Positions 7,200 through 16,554 of a stretch of 64,000 nt of DNA are shown here, one piece after another; the first letter of the stretch is position 1; every line of letters begins with the position of its first letter. Where the stretch lies: NCBI GenBank assembly GCA_045046875.1, contig JASFYY010000048.1, positions 1-64,000 on the forward strand, read 5' to 3'. A program made the position numbers and the translations under genes. Source of the stretch: Verrucomicrobiota bacterium. Lineage in GTDB: Bacteria; Verrucomicrobiota; Verrucomicrobiia; Verrucomicrobiales; DEV007. The notes beneath the pieces are model-generated. The model saw only the letters and a list, made by a program, of their open reading frames with translations. It was not told where the DNA came from and did not search any database.

Positions 7200-9329
7200 T
7201 CAATCATCGTCATCGTCAGAATCATCTTCATCATCGCCATCCCCTAAACCACCACCACCACCACCACCGTTAGCAGCGATAGTAACCGCTGTTCCCTGGA
7301 TTTCCTCAATCGTTACCAACCAAGTCATGCGATTGATGGGAGGCAACTCAGCAGGACTAACGATCTGAGACAAATCCGCGCTTATCTTGTTAGCAGAAAT
7401 AGCTTGCCCCGCTACGGTTAAATTAGCTCCCCCCTTGAGATCTAAAGGATTAACCACCGTGCCATCGTCCGCATTTAAACTGGTAATTTGTCCCGACATC
7501 GAAATAGCATCAATAGCTCCATCTACTGTCCCAAAATGTTTGTGCGACGCAAACACGGACACCGGCGGATAGTAGTCTCCGCTTGGCAAACCCGCATTAT
7601 TCGGCACATCCGATGCCAATACTGGTTTTTGATTGAAGTTCTCGGCAAAATAAACTTTATAATCAGTGACAATCGACAGGCCTTTGGTAAAGATCGTTAA
7701 GTCCTCCGCCTGTCTAAAGACCACAGACATCTCCGCACTGTCGTCAATGAGACTGGGCAAAACAACCGATGGATCAGCCGAGGTGTCAGCTGAAATAGAG
7801 AGCGAATTATTCCGGGTAACGTCTCCAGGGCTTAAACCCATACCTGCTAAATAATCAGGTATTTCATCCAAGTTTACAGCCAAAGCCGGATGCCCGGTCG
7901 CTCCAAGATTTTCCCAGTAAAACGGCAATGATTGCGGACCATTAGCAGGAACATCATTTGCAAAATTGACCCAGGTTCCATCTGTAGACTTATAATTTTT
8001 AACCAGCGTTCCTGCTCCTTGTTGACAAGTGAAACGAATCTCAATTGGCCGCGATGTCTGCTGCTTAGTGACTTCCAGTTTCATCTTGCACTGCAAGGCA
8101 CCCATCGCGTATTCATACCAACCAGTGTCGGAAAGAGTGTTCGTTTGAGCTACCGCTCCGCTGGTGCGAATAAACTGATCTCCCTGACTGAGCGGCAGAA
8201 CCGCTACCCTGCCTGAATCACTCGCCACCGATGCTCCGTAAAAATCCGAACCACTTGAAGCCCACCGCGTTTCACGCGTCCCCAATCTATCAAAGCCCGC
8301 AGTAATCGACATCCCCCCCCCCACCGAATTTGTGCCATTCAATTTGACTGAACGCCTGGCGGAAACCCTTGAAGAAGCCCCTAACAAACTAAGGTTTTTT
8401 GCTTCCACTTCTCCAGCAAACACTCCCCCTCGAATAGTAGTATTCTGCCAATTAGTTCCATCTGCAAAAGTTCCCACTTGCAATTTTCCCGCGGCAGACA
8501 AAGCCATTTGCTCAGGCACCTCATAAATCGAGAGTATGTAGTTTTTTTTCATCGTAGGCATCGCATCCGGCCCTGTGCCCCCGCCTCCAAAAGTTAATGA
8601 AAAGGCCCACCAATTACGTTTAGCTACAAACTTGCCACTCTGGTTCGAAAGGCCAAAACGAATATCTGGATAATCAATGATGTTATACACAGGATAACCC
8701 GTCGTCGCATCTGCCGAAGCCCCTAACCCTGGCGTTGAAGAAGGGTACTTTTTATTTAGAGAAATGATCGGATATTCCAGCTCATTAGAATAGCTGCCAG
8801 AGTAAGCTAAAGGGGGGGGAAGCTTTCCTCCTGTCAACCCGTCGGCCAGCAAACCGGTATTCGAAACATTACCAGGCCCCATCAACGAACCATCTCCCGC
8901 AACAACTCCCACAATTTGATTCGTAGAAGACAAATTCATATCCCCTGTATTTGCGTTAATAATACCCGATATACCAAAACCGTCGACTACAGCTGAATTT
9001 AAAGCCCCTCCGGCATTGGACAAAGTGATCGCATCAGTGAAAATTTGATCCCAGGAATAATTGGAAGCATTGCCTGCCGAATTTGGCATCATCGCGCCAA
9101 TCGCTTTATTTGGGACAACGTAAACCAAGGCCCTCAGCAGCGCGTCCTCTTTCTGCCGGTAATCAATCTTCACCTGGTTCATCACTTGCATTTCATGGGA
9201 ACGCATCCCCGTTCGAAACACAAACATCAAACTGAGCAATGCTGTAACTCCAATCACAGCCACCATGGCCATGGCCGCGTAACCCCGTGAATGCCCTCTA
9301 AAAAATGATCCCCTGACTTTTAACTTCAT
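7200..9329 (-). CDS. Large PilX/GspK-like prepilin-type protein with Gly linker and poly-Asp C-terminal tail
   Basis: Basic leader then G|YAAMAMVAVIGVTALLSLMFVF (no E5, as in PilX-type minor pilins); ends GGGGGGGLGDGDDEDDSDDDDD; ATGA overlap with the upstream gene. Confidence 0.7.
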   Translation of the reverse strand: MKLKVRGSFFRGHSRGYAAMAMVAVIGVTALLSLMFVFRTGMRSHEMQVMNQVKIDYRQKEDALLRALVYVVPNKAIGAMMPNSAGNASNYSWDQIFTDAITLSNAGGALNSAVVDGFGISGIINANTGDMNLSSTNQIVGVVAGDGSLMGPGNVSNTGLLADGLTGGKLPPPLAYSGSYSNELEYPIISLNKKYPSSTPGLGASADATTGYPVYNIIDYPDIRFGLSNQSGKFVAKRNWWAFSLTFGGGGTGPDAMPTMKKNYILSIYEVPEQMALSAAGKLQVGTFADGTNWQNTTIRGGVFAGEVEAKNLSLLGASSRVSARRSVKLNGTNSVGGGMSITAGFDRLGTRETRWASSGSDFYGASVASDSGRVAVLPLSQGDQFIRTSGAVAQTNTLSDTGWYEYAMGALQCKMKLEVTKQQTSRPIEIRFTCQQGAGTLVKNYKSTDGTWVNFANDVPANGPQSLPFYWENLGATGHPALAVNLDEIPDYLAGMGLSPGDVTRNNSLSISADTSADPSVVLPSLIDDSAEMSVVFRQAEDLTIFTKGLSIVTDYKVYFAENFNQKPVLASDVPNNAGLPSGDYYPPVSVFASHKHFGTVDGAIDAISMSGQITSLNADDGTVVNPLDLKGGANLTVAGQAISANKISADLSQIVSPAELPPINRMTWLVTIEEIQGTAVTIAANGGGGGGGLGDGDDEDDSDDDDD

Positions 9330-9922
9330 TCTCCTGTTCCTCCATAGGTAACCTGTTCACCATTCGGCCCGGTCAAGGTTACCAGTAGTATTCCGGTGTC
9401 GTCAGCAAAAGTCACAGTGCTCGCCTGTTGAGTGATCGTCCAATTCGGTGTCACGTTCCAAGCCCCATCAAAACTATAAAAATTCAACTTGGCTTCACCT
9501 GCCACAACTTCAAACGCCACAATCCCCTCATCATAACTCCCATCAGGGCTGCGAAAACTCAGACGCACAGCTTTGCCGTCGACATTAATACTTCCGGTAT
9601 TCGCTTTTGCGTTACCCACGGAAGAATAGATCCGGTAAGAATTTGCCTTACCAAAGATGCCGGTCAGCATATTATTAACCTGGGGGGCATCATCACGTAA
9701 AAAAGTATACGATTGCAATATTCTCATGAAGGTCACGTGAGACTGCAACATCATGATCAAAGCAGCCGCCAGCAGCATCAACATAGCCATCACCATTGAT
9801 ATTTCCACCAAGGTGAATGCGCCCATACGTTCCTTCCTAACAGTCACACCGCTATCACCTTGCCGACCGGCTAATGGCCTTAGTCGCCTTGCCTTTCTAC
9901 GACTGTGTTCCAGCAGTCTCAT
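9326..9922 (-). CDS. Prepilin-type N-terminal methylation domain protein (pseudopilin)
   Basis: Basic leader, A|FTLVEISMVMAMLMLLAAALIMML with E at +5; ATGA overlaps on both sides. Confidence 0.8.
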   Translation of the reverse strand: MRLLEHSRRKARRLRPLAGRQGDSGVTVRKERMGAFTLVEISMVMAMLMLLAAALIMMLQSHVTFMRILQSYTFLRDDAPQVNNMLTGIFGKANSYRIYSSVGNAKANTGSINVDGKAVRLSFRSPDGSYDEGIVAFEVVAGEAKLNFYSFDGAWNVTPNWTITQQASTVTFADDTGILLVTLTGPNGEQVTYGGTGE

Positions 9923-10413
9923 CGTGCTCTCAGAATAGTTCTGGATTTGATATAATCCCTGCCTGAAATTTTATAAGTCAGGTAAGACTGTAATTGATAC
10001 GCCTGCGAACTTGTGGGATTTGATGCCAACGTCCCCGTCCCCCCGTTAGCTGGAAGGTTGTTCGAAGCGGGGATCCGTGTGCGCCGCAGTGATCCGGTGA
10101 TTGCCCGCCCTCCTGGCAAAGAGCCTATCGTAACACCTGATACACTCACTGCTGGATAAGCTGGAAATAACGATCCTGCTGCCAAAAATCCATCTCCACC
10201 CTCAAAAGGCAAGCGTTTACCTAACGCCACCTCCCTGCTCATATACGCATCGGAGACTCCTTGTATCACCGTCCAGCGTTGCACACTGGTTACGGTCAGA
10301 GCTGACTTCAACAACAGTAGACTAACGACCAACATCGCCCCAAAACCGGCTGCCACCTCTATCAATACAGAGGCCCGGATTTGGACTTGGCGATGTGCGC
10401 TATCAACCTTCAT
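9919..10413 (-). CDS. Pseudopilin-like protein
   Basis: IRA|SVLIEVAAGFGAMLVVSLLLL with E5 and a hydrophobic helix; coupled to the next gene. Confidence 0.65.
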   Translation of the reverse strand: MKVDSAHRQVQIRASVLIEVAAGFGAMLVVSLLLLKSALTVTSVQRWTVIQGVSDAYMSREVALGKRLPFEGGDGFLAAGSLFPAYPAVSVSGVTIGSLPGGRAITGSLRRTRIPASNNLPANGGTGTLASNPTSSQAYQLQSYLTYKISGRDYIKSRTILRAR

Positions 10414-10472
10414 GAACGTTTACCTAAAACTCTACTTAATTCCTATTTGGAATAGATCTCTGGTCAGGTTTT

Positions 10473-11630
10473 TTATTTAGCTCCAATTTGCCCTTTAACG
10501 CTTAAAGAACGATTCAGAGTGAATTTGATAACAGCCAGTCTTTCACTGCCCCCATTGGTGAAATCTGCAGGCATGTCTGAAGCAATGATTTCAAGCGTGT
10601 ATACGCCACTCCCTCCCTGCTCAAAAAATGGCTGCAAATACGACTCTTTAATGGTAATGCCATCAGCAGAATAAATCGTTTTAGTATCCTGTGGTTCCAC
10701 AGCACCTTCCGCATTCAACATGGTGACAGGCACCACCCCGCCTACGGTGCCCAATGAAGGCTCTCCCTTATAAATTTGCACGTAGGTTTTGGAATTTGGA
10801 TAAACCGAAGTGTAATGGACAAAAATGTCGCGCACTCTATCATTAAACACCTGCCCCTCGGCAAAGGGTTCCTGACCGCCATCATCAGCTTGCTGCCTGA
10901 ACAATCCTGTTCCTACTGGAAATATTTTCACAATAGCTGATCCTACGTTCCACCGAGCTGAAACCGTTTCATCGGCATAAGAACGCATCTCAAACTTTTC
11001 TTCACCGTTCCTCAAGGTGATATCACTGGCGAAACCAGGCAAGCTGGGTCCGGTATAACTAAATGTGTCACTTCCAGTGAACACCAATGACTGCAGAGTC
11101 TGCTGGTTTTCCTGTTCCACCAAATAGCCTCCTGTAGTGGCCGGTGTTGCCAAATGTAAAAAATTCACCTCACGGGCTGCTCGCGGAGCAGTCAGATCGG
11201 TTAGCAAATTTGACACGGTGCCCGTTACGGTAAAAGGCTGATCTGCCCGAGTGCGATAAACCGGACGTTGCACGGTTTTTCCGCTCACTTGATCCGTCAC
11301 AGAACCAATCCAATCCTTGTCTTTGACATCAACATTAAAAACCCCCTTGGGCATATAAAGCCCAATCACCTTACTATCGACAAGGGTTTTGGTGCCCGCA
11401 TCATCGCCCTCTCCATCTGCCCACAATTCGAACAAAGCCCCTGTCCCCTCAATCGGAGCAGCCACCTGTTGTGAACCGGTATCGCCAAGATTATACATAA
11501 ACTGCACCGGCAAACCCGGATCCAAAGGAATCTGGCGAATCTCATTTGCCACCTCAGCATGTGCTGACATGCTAACTGCTGTCACAAAAGTTGCTAATAT
11601 TCCGGCTATGCCCATTTTTCTTATTTTCAT
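10473..11630 (-). CDS. Secreted hypothetical protein (beta-rich)
   Basis: Start reassigned to MKIRKMGIAGILATFVTAVSMSAHA (signal peptide, AxA) after an A-rich leader. Confidence 0.75.
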   Translation of the reverse strand: MKIRKMGIAGILATFVTAVSMSAHAEVANEIRQIPLDPGLPVQFMYNLGDTGSQQVAAPIEGTGALFELWADGEGDDAGTKTLVDSKVIGLYMPKGVFNVDVKDKDWIGSVTDQVSGKTVQRPVYRTRADQPFTVTGTVSNLLTDLTAPRAAREVNFLHLATPATTGGYLVEQENQQTLQSLVFTGSDTFSYTGPSLPGFASDITLRNGEEKFEMRSYADETVSARWNVGSAIVKIFPVGTGLFRQQADDGGQEPFAEGQVFNDRVRDIFVHYTSVYPNSKTYVQIYKGEPSLGTVGGVVPVTMLNAEGAVEPQDTKTIYSADGITIKESYLQPFFEQGGSGVYTLEIIASDMPADFTNGGSERLAVIKFTLNRSLSVKGQIGAK

Positions 11631-11703
11631 CTTATTATATTTTAGTTTTGTAGTTATCAACCAACCGCCTCTTTTAAAATGTCTTGTCATAAGGATTAAA
11701 CCC

Positions 11704-12696
11704 CTATTTTCCGTTCCCCTTTCGCGCTCGCGAACCATCGGATGCCACCGATCCAGCTACCACGCCGTCCTCCTCCTCCAGCTTTGCTTCAATTACCGAA
11801 ATTGGATTTTTATTGAAAACGGCTACTACCACTTTGCCGCCAATCATGAATGCTTTTTTTTCCTTATCTGAAATAGGGTCCTCCCCTTTGGCCGTCTGCC
11901 AACTCACCTCTCTGGTTGTCACAAATCGTGCATATTTTTTTATAAACTCAGGCCAGATCAACAACGCCCCCTTGGGCTTTTTCACCACCATTGCCGCCAA
12001 TTTTGTCGGTAAATTGATAACCGCTCCCTCCGGCACAACCGTGTGCTCGTCCCCTGCCACTAGAATGGTCGTACCATCATAATAATCTCTCTTTTTAGCA
12101 ATCCCTTTCGATTTGAGATCTTTCTTCAAAGGATTCACCCCCGACCGTTGTTTTTTCAGCTTGTGTGAAGATGCCTCTTTGGACAAACGCTCTGTCAACT
12201 CTGCCGCAGTGATTCGATCTCCACCTGGAGCCACTCCCTTTATTCGCGTGGGATCAACAAACGCATCGCCCTTCATGCTAAAGCCAGCATCACCCGGCAT
12301 TTTTGTAAATGTTCGCCCCTCATTGCTATGGGGAAGCTTCTTGATAAATTCTCCCCACTTTGCATCCCGCTGTAGCTCATTACGATTCTCAGGAGTCATT
12401 TTCTCAGTAGCTACCCGAGTGTCCAAATCGGCCATTTTGTTTAACTCGGCAATTGCCAAATTGCGCTCTTCCAAAGAAATCTGTCCGTCTTTATTCCGAT
12501 CCTGTCGATTCAGAAAATCAACCGCTTTGCCTTTTTCCAAGCCCGTAAGCGATCCATCCAAACTGGAATCGAACTTTCGGATCAAAAGCTTCTTAAATAG
12601 CCCCTCGCCTCCAACCCCTGCATCTTGAGCAAAAAGATCTCCTGCACCTCCGTAGGATATAACGATCAAAACCAATCCACAAAATAGATATTTCAT
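11704..12696 (-). CDS. Secreted protein with an EF-hand-like pair
   Basis: MKYLFCGLVLIVIS signal; DSSLDGSLTGLE and DRNKDGQISLEE loops. Confidence 0.65.
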   Translation of the reverse strand: MKYLFCGLVLIVISYGGAGDLFAQDAGVGGEGLFKKLLIRKFDSSLDGSLTGLEKGKAVDFLNRQDRNKDGQISLEERNLAIAELNKMADLDTRVATEKMTPENRNELQRDAKWGEFIKKLPHSNEGRTFTKMPGDAGFSMKGDAFVDPTRIKGVAPGGDRITAAELTERLSKEASSHKLKKQRSGVNPLKKDLKSKGIAKKRDYYDGTTILVAGDEHTVVPEGAVINLPTKLAAMVVKKPKGALLIWPEFIKKYARFVTTREVSWQTAKGEDPISDKEKKAFMIGGKVVVAVFNKNPISVIEAKLEEEDGVVAGSVASDGSRARKGNGK

Positions 12697-12797
12697 CGCC
12701 TTTTCCGATTTATTAACAGAGTCTGATCGCATCATATTGATCAGTTTCCCGAAGGTGCAGAAGTTTTTCATAACAACCAATTTAGTTATGTAACATC

Positions 12798-13451
12798 TTA
12801 TTGTTCGCCACGATCAATCACCCAGCTTATAACAGGCTGAGCACCTTCCTGGTAAACGATTTGCCCAGTAAGCAACTCCCCTGTTGGCTCTGGTTTATCT
12901 TTGATCAATGTACCAAGGATCTTCATATAACCATCTATATCCCTAGAGTTAGAGTCTATGATCCATTTCAGCTTAACGTTTTTGTTTTCAAACACTTTAG
13001 GAGTTCCCCTCAGCGAAGTTTGCACAGCCCCTTGATAACCTACCGCTGAAGTAGCAAAATATATAGATCCGCCATTCACCCATCCGCTTCCGTCATTGGC
13101 CTTACCTTTAAAGTTCCACTTTCCAACTTCCGAACACTGAAACACTCCAAATCCTCTTTCACTTGCATAAGCTTCTGAAAAAGTCTGCATGTGCCCGCCC
13201 CATGTATACCAACCAGGAACCCCATCAGCGTCAGCCAAAGCTTCTACGCCAATTAAGCTGAATCGATAAACTCCACCAAGATTAACTGTCTTAGTATATC
13301 TATCTGTAGTATTTTTATTTGCATCTGGAAGCGCGCTACTTGGCATGGTCGTCGAAACTCCAGGACCAAGCAATTGCAGCTCTGCCCGACTTGTTCCAAC
13401 AGACACCGCCAATACCCCCAGACCTATCATCAGTTTTTGTCTTATATTCAT
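12798..13451 (-). CDS. Secreted hypothetical protein, first gene of the pseudopilin cassette
   Basis: MNIRQKLMIGLGVLAVSVGTSRA signal; C-terminal TGELLTGQIVYQEGAQPVISWVIDRG motif shared with the 1..652 protein. Confidence 0.8.
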   Translation of the reverse strand: MNIRQKLMIGLGVLAVSVGTSRAELQLLGPGVSTTMPSSALPDANKNTTDRYTKTVNLGGVYRFSLIGVEALADADGVPGWYTWGGHMQTFSEAYASERGFGVFQCSEVGKWNFKGKANDGSGWVNGGSIYFATSAVGYQGAVQTSLRGTPKVFENKNVKLKWIIDSNSRDIDGYMKILGTLIKDKPEPTGELLTGQIVYQEGAQPVISWVIDRGEQ

Positions 13452-13990
13452 CGTTTTTATTTTTTTGGTTATCACTTATCTCTCCGCTTCATTTAAATTC
13501 TTCAAACCCAATTTCACAATCAACTCAACTCATCACTCCCACACATGAGATCTAAATTTATTATTTCAATTATTAGGACTCTTTCATGAGTTAGCAGATA
13601 ACCCACCACCTCTTACTCATTACTTTTTTAGCTAGAGCGCTTTTTTTTCACAAGATTTTTTGCACCTATTTTGCATTTTAAATCAATCTTGTTTTATTAA
13701 ACGACATTTCATTATTAGCCCGCTCACTCCCCCCCTATTTATCCATCAATGTTTCATAAATAGGCCACGCCTTATCTAGCCTTATAAAATAACCAATCCC
13801 ACCTGCACCCACCCGGGCACCTCATAATCCCATGCCCCCCCACATCTTTAGACCAAGGCTTCACAAACCCTCAAATCCCTGCATCACCGCAAAAAAACGC
13901 CTGCCTGTAGCGAATCCGAGCAGGATCCACGCCTACAGCCTTGATATATAAAGGCTGCATCCCTTCTCCCCACCTTAATGATCTGCAAAG

Positions 13991-14557
13991 CTATTCCACC
14001 AGATCCATCAACGGAGACTTCTCACGGTGAGCGTCATGGCAAGTCGAACAGGATTGGGTCAATTTGCCAAATGCTGTTCTCGCCACCACTTGGTTTTTCT
14101 CCTCTGCAGCGGAAATGATCACTTGCGCGCAATATCTCAAAGTTTGCGTAGCGGCGCCTGACCACACTTCATCCGGACAACGGCCGTCCGACATCAGAAT
14201 AAAACTCGCCTCGCTCAATATTTCCGCCTGGGAAATCACTTCAGCCCACTCTTCCTCCGTTTTAAGGTTGCCTTTGAGCACCTTTCTCAAGGCTCCACAA
14301 TGCGGCCGGATCACACTTTTCATCACCGTGCTGGTCTTTAAAGGGCGCTTCTTGCCTTTTTTTCCTGCTTTTATTTCAGGCTTCGTCCCCTTATCTGCGT
14401 CGGCATTTATTTTTACAGGGATTTCAACCGCCTCAATTTTTTTTGCGGTAGACTTGCTCTTACTTTTATTATCATCTGCCAAAACATTCATCAAAGCGGC
14501 CCAACCAAATGTTACTATGTATAATATAGTAAAGTATCTCCCTATGTTTTTTTTCAT
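13991..14557 (-). CDS. Cytochrome c'-like (class II) protein
   Basis: Signal/anchor, helical body, C-terminal CSTCH heme motif. Confidence 0.75.
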   Translation of the reverse strand: MKKNIGRYFTILYIVTFGWAALMNVLADDNKSKSKSTAKKIEAVEIPVKINADADKGTKPEIKAGKKGKKRPLKTSTVMKSVIRPHCGALRKVLKGNLKTEEEWAEVISQAEILSEASFILMSDGRCPDEVWSGAATQTLRYCAQVIISAAEEKNQVVARTAFGKLTQSCSTCHDAHREKSPLMDLVE

Positions 14558-14595
14558 CTGTAACAATCTTTGATTGAATAATGTTAATCACCTAA

Positions 14596-14680
14596 ATCAT
14601 CTTCTGAGCAATCTTTTTTGTCAATGACAATCAACCGCACGCTGTAATGATTGACAAACATCCTTATATCATAATAGATT
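14596..14680. promoter_or_regulatory. Back-to-back sigma70-like promoters
   Basis: Perfect TTGACA on + (14651-14656) and on - (14619-14624) between divergent genes; -10 matches are weak (TAGATT, GATGAT). Confidence 0.4.
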
Positions 14681-14743
14681 TTAATCACAATCCAAAGTGA
14701 CCGTCCAGGATAAGATATCCTAGTTCCTAAATTTCGTAGTTAT

Positions 14744-16366
14744 ATGAAACTAAACTCAATTGAAACACGACCGCTCCTCCCGCACAGGCGCACTGCTTTT
14801 GCGTCCACCCGAATTATCACTGCCGCGGTGATTTATGCATCGATCTCAATTTGCACGGCATCCGACACCGTGCAGATTGGTCAGGAAATCTCTGCTAAAC
14901 GCCATTTAAAGGACGGAGAGGCGCCGCGTCTCGCTCTACCGGAATTACTCAAACAAGGACACGATCTGTTCACTGCAATGTGGACGGTGCAAGAAGGCGC
15001 AGGTCGCCCACAAAGCAAAGGCACCGGCCTACCACTCAGTGATCCCGAGCGGCCTTTGGTTTTCCCTCGGAATTTCAACCGCATCTCCGGCCCCGACTCG
15101 AACAGTTGTGCGGGCTGCCACAACTCCCCCTTTGGGGTATCAGGCGGAGGTGGAGATATTGTCACCAATGCCTTGGTGCTAGGTCAGCGCTTCGATTTCA
15201 TCACCTTTGACCGCAATGACAAAAAACCCACCAGTGGCAGCGTCAATGAAGAAGGAGTGGAGATCACTTTCCAATCTCTAGGAAACTTTCGCAGCACTCT
15301 GGGTATGTATGGATCAGGTTACATTGAAATGCTGGCCCGCCAAATGACTGCCGATTTACAAAAAATCCGAGATATGATCAAACCCGGCCAAGCACGGCGT
15401 CTGAAATCAAAAGGCGTTTCCTTTGGTATCCTCGGCAGATACAAAGACGGCTTCTGGGATACTTCGCGAACGGAAGGCATCCCTCCTGCCGCCTTGGCGT
15501 CATCTGATCCGGATGACCCTCCGGATTTGGTCATCCGCCCATTCCACCAAAGCGGATCAGTTATTTCCCTGCGGGAGTTCACCAACAACGCCTTTAACCA
15601 CCACCACGGCATCCAGTCGAGTGAACGCTTTGGCAAAAATGTCGATGAAGACCAGGACGGCTTTGCCAATGAACTGACCCGTGGAGACATCACCGCCGTA
15701 TCGGTCTATCAAGCAGTGATGGCAGTTCCCGGCCAAGTCATCCCCAACCACCCGGAAATCGAAGCCGCCATCCAATTGGGAAACAAAAAATTCACTGAAA
15801 TTGGCTGCACCGCCTGCCACCTGCCCACTCTACCTCTGGACAACAAAGGCTGGATTTTCAGTGAACCTAATCCCTACAACTTCTACGGCAACCTGCGACC
15901 CGGCGAAGCAGAGGAAATCTCCATCAATCTCAATGACCCAACTCTGCCCTCCCCACGATTAAAAGAATCTAACGGCATCGTCCAGGTCCCTGCCTACACC
16001 GACCTGAAATTGCACGACATAACTACCGGCCCCGATGATCCCAATGCCGAACCACTGGATATGAACGATACCTTTGTTCAACAAAATCGCCGATTTCTAA
16101 CCAAAAAGCTCTGGGGGGCGGCCAATGAGCCCCCTTATTTTCACCACGGCAAGTTCACCACCCTACGCCAAGCGGTGCTGGCCCACTCGGGCGAAGCTCT
16201 GGCATCTCGCAAGGCTTTTGAAACAATGAGCAAAATAGAAAAAGATTCACTGATCGAGTTTTTAAAATCCCTGCAAATTCTGCCACCCGGAACAAAGTCC
16301 CTGACCGTAGACGAAAACGGCAAAGCCAAAAAATGGCCACCCAGCCCTAGCCAGGCAAAAAACTAA
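14744..16366 (+). CDS. Di-heme oxidoreductase (DHOR/thiol oxidoreductase) family protein
   Basis: CAGCH and CTACH; YTDLKLHD, FLTKKLWG, PYFHHG, AVLAHSGEA, LIEFLKSL. Confidence 0.85.
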   Translation: MKLNSIETRPLLPHRRTAFASTRIITAAVIYASISICTASDTVQIGQEISAKRHLKDGEAPRLALPELLKQGHDLFTAMWTVQEGAGRPQSKGTGLPLSDPERPLVFPRNFNRISGPDSNSCAGCHNSPFGVSGGGGDIVTNALVLGQRFDFITFDRNDKKPTSGSVNEEGVEITFQSLGNFRSTLGMYGSGYIEMLARQMTADLQKIRDMIKPGQARRLKSKGVSFGILGRYKDGFWDTSRTEGIPPAALASSDPDDPPDLVIRPFHQSGSVISLREFTNNAFNHHHGIQSSERFGKNVDEDQDGFANELTRGDITAVSVYQAVMAVPGQVIPNHPEIEAAIQLGNKKFTEIGCTACHLPTLPLDNKGWIFSEPNPYNFYGNLRPGEAEEISINLNDPTLPSPRLKESNGIVQVPAYTDLKLHDITTGPDDPNAEPLDMNDTFVQQNRRFLTKKLWGAANEPPYFHHGKFTTLRQAVLAHSGEALASRKAFETMSKIEKDSLIEFLKSLQILPPGTKSLTVDENGKAKKWPPSPSQAKN

Positions 16367-16449
16367 CTCTGGTAAATGGACGGTCCTGACCTCCATAATT
16401 TCAGCAAAACAAGCGCTCTTGACCATCATAACCGCAGTAAAACAGGCGG

Positions 16450-16485
16450 TCCTGAGCGCCATAGCCTCGGCGAAGGCGGTTCGCA
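16450..16485. repeat. REP-like element (CGCCATAGCCTCGGCGAAGG core)
   Basis: Related copies at 54630-54694; intergenic. Confidence 0.6.
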
Positions 16486-16554
16486 TTTTTTTCTTTTCTC
16501 CTCGCGCACCGAGCAAAAAGCTGTTTCCTTCCCTGTCACCTCAATGCTAATACA

